Below are positions 21,001 to 25,756 of a stretch of DNA of 64,000 nt, in pieces. Position 1 is the stretch's first letter; every line of letters starts with the position of its first letter. This stretch comes from an uncultured Bacteroidia bacterium. GTDB lineage: Bacteria > Bacteroidota > Bacteroidia > J057 > JADKCL01. The notes beneath the pieces were generated by a model. The model was not told where the DNA came from. It searched no databases and saw only the letters and a list, made by a program, of their open reading frames with translations. Position numbers and translations under genes: made by a program. The stretch is from NCBI GenBank assembly GCA_964352215.1, contig CAYGRE010000005.1, positions 18,527 to 82,526 of the forward strand, in the 5' to 3' direction.

Positions 21001-23676
21001 GTTGAAAGCTCCGACTGCCCAGAGATTGCCTTCGTATTCGATGGCCTGGAAGTGGTGAAGTTCGATGGGAGCGGTGGCACCAGCAGTCCAGGTATTGGCA
21101 ACCGGATCGTAGATGTCTACCCGCCTGTTACCACGTCCACCGACGAGGTAGAACTTGTCGCCGATCTGTACCCAGCTGTTTTCATGGCGGTTTTGCGCCG
21201 CACCACTGGTGGGTACGATGTCCACCCAGTTTCCGGTAGCGGTGATGGCCTCCCGGTCAATGGTAATGAAGTCGTAAGTCTTGGGGAAGGTAGCACCACC
21301 GGCACCTCTTGAGGTAGAGATAAGGCCAACCGAGAGGACATTGCTGGTCCAGGCAGCGGGAATGGTAATGGGTCCGCCGAGATTGTTGACGGTACTTCCA
21401 TCAATCGAGTATTTTGGCTGGACCGTATTGTTGGTCGGATCGATGGTCAGGAATATATCAATGAAGGTTGAGGTCAGCAGACCTGCGTCGGGATACATGG
21501 TCTGTACCGGAGCTCCCACTCCACCGAAACCGCCTCCATTTTCTTCATAAACTACTTCAAGGCCACCAGCGCCTCCATTCGATGCGAGGGTTACTTTGAG
21601 GTAATTGTCCTGGTCACCGGTACCGATGTGGAATCCGTAGGACTGAAAATCAATCGGAGTTTGGTTGGCGAAGTGTCCCTGGATGCGGCCATTGATGGTA
21701 TAGGGTCCAACTTCACTGCCGACGTTGACACCAAACTGGAAGGCGTACTCCTGATTGTTAAGGGCACCAAGTGCGTCGCCGGGAGGTACGGAGTCCACCG
21801 TGAACTTGAGGGCTGCGCCCCCTACCGTCATATTGAAGGGATCATAGAGATCCATATAATCGGTGGTGTAGTCGGTCATCAGTCCGGTGAAGCCCCAGCC
21901 GTTGATACCGGGATCGATGGAGTTGTCGAACTGGTAGCTGACCGGAAGGCCGGTGGTGGTACCGTTGGCAGCATCGCGGGCAAAGAAGTCAACATTGTCG
22001 AGGATGCCATCGTTGTCATCGTCGTTGTCGGTGATGTCAGAGATGAAATCCTGGTCAAAGTCTTCAGGTTGTGATGCGGGGCTACACTGGTCGGTTCCAT
22101 TGGCCAATTCATCACCGTTGGAATAGCCGTCGCCGTCGAAATCGAGGGTGAAGCTGGTATCGTTACCGACACAGTTCACGAAATCCTGGGGTTCGAAGAT
22201 GGTGATGTTGTCGGCACCATAGGTACAGGCCCAGACGGTTCCGGGAAAGGGACCGGCATCGGGCTGCGCAATGACATCGAGTGGGGTAGCACCAAATCCG
22301 GAGAAGATATTGGACTGGGAAAGGACCTGGTCACCCGCTGCGTTCAGCTCAAAGCGAACGATGTTTCCGTTGAAGGCTGCGGCCAAAAGATTGCCTTGGA
22401 GTTGTCCGCCAAAATTGGTGGCGGTGTATTCACAGAGGCCGTTGGTAGAGGAACAAACCTGGGCCAGGGCACCGTCCTGGGTGACCGGATCACGGTAGTC
22501 ACAAAACGGGTCTTCCATTCCGACAGGAATGGGAGATTGAGGATTGGTGGTATTGAATGTGTTGTTTCGGTTGGCGCGGGTTGGGTTGGGGTGTCCCCCG
22601 TAATAGCCCTGGCCGGAGACATAGTGCAGGTTGTCACATTTGGAATTTGAATTGGCCTCGTTGGCATCGTTGGAGCAACTGTTGATCGGGGTTCCTCCCC
22701 AGCCTGTATTGGGACCATTGTCAAAGGTGTAGAGGCGGTTGCTGGTAGTGAGGAGCACATCATAATGGTTACGCCATCCCGATGAATAGATCTGCACCGG
22801 GCCACCCAAGACCAGCATCGCCTGGTTCTTTCCATTGTTTCCTCCCCAGGGATCAGTGGGGTCTTCATAACCGGGAGTTGGGTTGGCGACATTGGCCTTG
22901 TCCTCATCGTCCAGGGTTGGAAGATCATATTTATAGGCTTGTCCCTGGGCGTCGATTTGGGTAGGCAGCGCATCAATAGCGGTAAGATCAACTGACAAAA
23001 TCGCAGTCGAATAAGCCAGTTCAGGGAGGTAAGCAAAGTTATTGGAAGGAGCGCCTTTGTTGGTATTGCCACCTGCCGCCACAAAGAGGCGGTTGTTCAA
23101 AGCATCGTATTGCAGTCCGTTGAGGGAGTGATTCTCTTCGGAACGTGAAAGTCCCCGTACCAGATGGACCATATCCCATGAGGTACCATTCCAGGTCAGA
23201 CGGGAGATAACGCCTGAGTTTTCATCGAGGCCGGTACTGTTACCGGAGCCACCGCCCCCGATCCTTGGATCAGAGGAGGTCACATACAACACTGGATTCG
23301 CAGCTGTTCCCAGTACCAGGATTCCGGTCACCTGCCGATTTTGGTTGCTGATGATGGACCCATCTTCATTGTGATTGGGGATGGTTCTGATCTCACTGAT
23401 CGTCTCCGTAGCGGTGACTACATAGTCATTGGGGCCATTGCGGATGATATCATAAGCATAAATGAACCCGTTTTGCTGAGAGACATACAAGCGGCCATCC
23501 GGGCCAAATTGCAAAGAGGTCGGATTGTTCAGTGTCTCCCCCGCCAAGCCGCTGGAGGCAAAGCTTATGGTCTGGGAAAAACCAAAGGTGGGCGCCAAAA
23601 GGGCCAAAAACAGAAAAGCCAGGAAAGTGAATGGGAATCCTTTCCGGGTGGTAAAGTTGGAATCGTTGGTGTGCAT
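1..23676 (-). CDS. Giant secreted multidomain SprB-repeat adhesin-like protein (partial, C-terminus outside window, >=7892 aa)
   Basis: Start codon is the complement of 'cat' at 23674-23676. Translation begins [70 protein letters not shown]. The frame at 1-60 (..[20 protein letters not shown]) matches a start at 23676 (23676 = 3 x 7892). The ORF track shows only short antisense ORFs here. Confidence 0.95.
   Translation of the reverse strand, partial: [7892 protein letters not shown]
121..1600 (-). repeat. Intragenic duplication of LamG-like/PKD cassette at 960-bp spacing
   Basis: 'ttctgctgaatctc...aaccaggcacggttgtt' recurs at about 140-230 and 1090-1180; peptide [23 protein letters not shown] / [23 protein letters not shown]. 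Confidence 0.8.
5221..9780 (-). repeat. Tandem SprB-type repeat array, about 225-228 bp (75-76 aa) units, roughly 19 consecutive copies
   Basis: Recurring peptide TD.[58 protein letters not shown]; recurring DNA core 'ttggcatcggtaatggtcaccgtata'. Confidence 0.85.
11101..13860 (-). repeat. Large intragenic duplication: malectin-containing SprB cassette repeated at 1680-bp spacing (11101-12180 vs 12781-13860)
   Basis: Near-identical DNA at fixed +1680 offset, e.g. 'ctcgatcgcactgatcttggcattgtccacc' near 11521 and 'ctcaatcgcactgatcttggcattgtccact' near 13201. Confidence 0.8.
14310..14790 (-). other. Domain: malectin-like domain (free-standing)
   Basis: [29 protein letters not shown]...[17 protein letters not shown]...[25 protein letters not shown]...[11 protein letters not shown]. 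Confidence 0.65.
16030..17300 (-). other. Domain: second glucose/sorbosone dehydrogenase-like propeller
   Basis: [105 protein letters not shown]. Confidence 0.65.
19530..19970 (-). other. Domain: malectin-like carbohydrate-binding domain
   Basis: [29 protein letters not shown]...[19 protein letters not shown]...[25 protein letters not shown]...[10 protein letters not shown]. Confidence 0.7.
20320..21230 (-). other. Domain: Kelch-repeat propeller
   Basis: Repeats such as [51 protein letters not shown] and [33 protein letters not shown]. Confidence 0.75.
21990..22155 (-). other. Domain: thrombospondin type 3-like calcium-binding Asp-rich repeats
   Basis: [52 protein letters not shown]. Confidence 0.75.
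22170..23570 (-). other. Domain: glucose/sorbosone dehydrogenase-like beta-propeller head (first copy)
   Basis: Motifs [44 protein letters not shown] and [33 protein letters not shown]. Confidence 0.6.
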
Positions 23677-24298
23677 GGGTGCGTACCTGATTATGTTGAT
23701 TAATTCGATGCAGAATCTAAATAACGCTCTTTATCTAAGCGTTGAGACGATGAATACTTCTATCCCCGAAGGCACAAAAGTCCAGATGCCGCTTCACAGC
23801 GGTCAAGATCTTTCCAGCATGTATTCAATTGATCTTACGTTGATTGATTCAAAATCAATTGGTGTTTTTTCCTGGCAAAAACCTGTTGTTCACCTAATTA
23901 TTAGCTGGGCGTATTAGCGTATATATCTGTTTCAAATAAACACAAAAGGTCACAATTATCCAAGAATATTACATACCTGCGAATGCCCACTCCCTACGAC
24001 TAAATTCCCGACTCTGCCCCAAAGCGCCCCAGGAGTTCGCAGATCACCATTTCGAGCTAGCTGCCCAATCACATATTGGAAAAAAATACACAAATTGGGC
24101 AGAAATATTACACCCGCTACTGGGATAAGACGCGCCCCCCTTCTCTAAACAGTCGAGTTTTCCACACATCCTTTCAAATCCGGTGGAAAAGGAGGCTGGA
24201 AGCACAGTGAATCAATTGCTATTTTTATGTTTTAAATCGATTAAATAACTTTACAGTTGACCAACCATTTCCAGCAGGCCCATTCAATACTATGGCCT

Positions 24299-24763
24299 AT
24301 GCGCATTCGAAGTCTTTTCCTGGTCCTGATTCTCCCCTTGTTTGCCTTCAAAACGGCCAACACTTTGGGCAATCCAGATCTTTCAACTCCCGAAAAGTCA
24401 TTTGCTTCCATCGTCGAGTTATTGAAATCGGGTGAAACAGACCGCCTTGAGTCTATGGCTACGCCTACCGGGATCAAATCTCTGATCACCCTGGCCCAGC
24501 AGGCTGACTATGAAAATGGTATGACTTCGATTGGTGATGACCTGGGAGCTGCTGAGCTTTCCTGGGATGAGATCACCGAGGATATTTATTTTCTGACGGC
24601 CCGCAACGGTGGAAAGACCCACAAGATGGAATTCACCAAGGAAGAACCCGGCTGGATGCTCTACCACCTGCAATTGGGAGGAGGCGTAGATTCTCACCCG
24701 GATACTTCTGCTCCGGACGCCCCATCTCCTGATTCCCCTTCTGATTTTTCTTTTGAGGACTGA
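24299..24763 (+). CDS. Hypothetical exported protein (start re-assigned to MRIRSLFLVLILPLF)
   Basis: ORF 24257..24763; internal Met at 24299 directly precedes a signal-peptide-like stretch. Confidence 0.6.
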   Translation: MRIRSLFLVLILPLFAFKTANTLGNPDLSTPEKSFASIVELLKSGETDRLESMATPTGIKSLITLAQQADYENGMTSIGDDLGAAELSWDEITEDIYFLTARNGGKTHKMEFTKEEPGWMLYHLQLGGGVDSHPDTSAPDAPSPDSPSDFSFED

Positions 24764-24881
24764 TTTTCCCAGGCAACCCGATTTCCCCATTTTTCCCGAG
24801 TAAGCAGATTCGTTTTCCCAATTCTTCAGGTTTTCCCGGTTTTCCTTATTTTTGGTTCTGATTGACCCATCACCCGGAACC

Positions 24882-25724
24882 ATGCGCAGATCACTCTTGC
24901 GTCTTTCGTTGTACCTCTACCTCTTTTCCATGCTTCTGCCCATGGCCATGCCGGTTCGTGATCCGTTCCTTGAATTTTATATCCCCGGGATTGGTGCTTT
25001 CATTGGCGGCATTTTCACAATTGGTACTGTCCTGCAAATCCCTTTACTGTTTCTGGCATGGTTCTCCAACTTTCTTTTGCTGATTGGCTACTATCGGGGA
25101 TTGATCACGCGAAAACCATCTAAGGCGCTTGCGGTGGTGTGTGTAGTCCTGTCTTCCACCATATTCCTGTCCGAAATAGAATTCCGTTCTCCTTTTGACC
25201 CCTTTAACTCCCCTGCTTACCTGGTTTGGGTATCTTCCCAGGTCCTGTTTCTGATGGCCGAATTTGCTCCGGGTGAAAAGACCCACAGGCGGCTGGAGGG
25301 ACAGCTTCGGGTGAATGGACGCCTGAGACCCCTATTTAATGAAGCTGACCTGCTGCGGCTTTTGCCTGGGGAAAAATCATATAGACAGAGGGAGGTTGTT
25401 CTCCAGGGAAATGATGATACCTCGGTTCTGGTCCATTTCAATGAGTCCTACGGGTATGCCAAGATTTTCATGCACAAAGGAGATCCTGGCCAAATGACTT
25501 TGGGAAATCTGGAAAAACTGCCTGAAAGCCAGGTGTTTCGCGGCAAAAACCATGGCGACCGGACCTTTCCCGGACTGTACCTGATTACCCACGAACAGGG
25601 CATTGATATTCTTAAACATTTCGCCCAAACCGGAGCGGCCAACCCTGGCATCCAATGGAGTTCCGGTGAAGAACTTGCGACAGAACTCGACAATTCACCA
25701 ATCTTGGCGTACACAGGATTGTAA
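24882..25724 (+). CDS. Hypothetical membrane protein with N-terminal TM helices
   Basis: MRRSLLRLSLYLYLFSMLLPMAMP... several hydrophobic segments then a soluble domain; upstream Met at 24852 is an alternative start. Confidence 0.65.
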   Translation: MRRSLLRLSLYLYLFSMLLPMAMPVRDPFLEFYIPGIGAFIGGIFTIGTVLQIPLLFLAWFSNFLLLIGYYRGLITRKPSKALAVVCVVLSSTIFLSEIEFRSPFDPFNSPAYLVWVSSQVLFLMAEFAPGEKTHRRLEGQLRVNGRLRPLFNEADLLRLLPGEKSYRQREVVLQGNDDTSVLVHFNESYGYAKIFMHKGDPGQMTLGNLEKLPESQVFRGKNHGDRTFPGLYLITHEQGIDILKHFAQTGAANPGIQWSSGEELATELDNSPILAYTGL

Positions 25725-25756
25725 GCCTCAGATTTTGCTGTTATTTTCGCCCCGTC

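Noticed and set aside
619-23700. Many plus-strand and short minus-strand ORFs (e.g. 11335..12585 +, 5446..6132 +, 22344..23084 -)
   Set aside because: They are shadow frames of the giant minus-strand CDS, low complexity and lacking domain logic; the real frame carries SprB/malectin/Kelch motifs.
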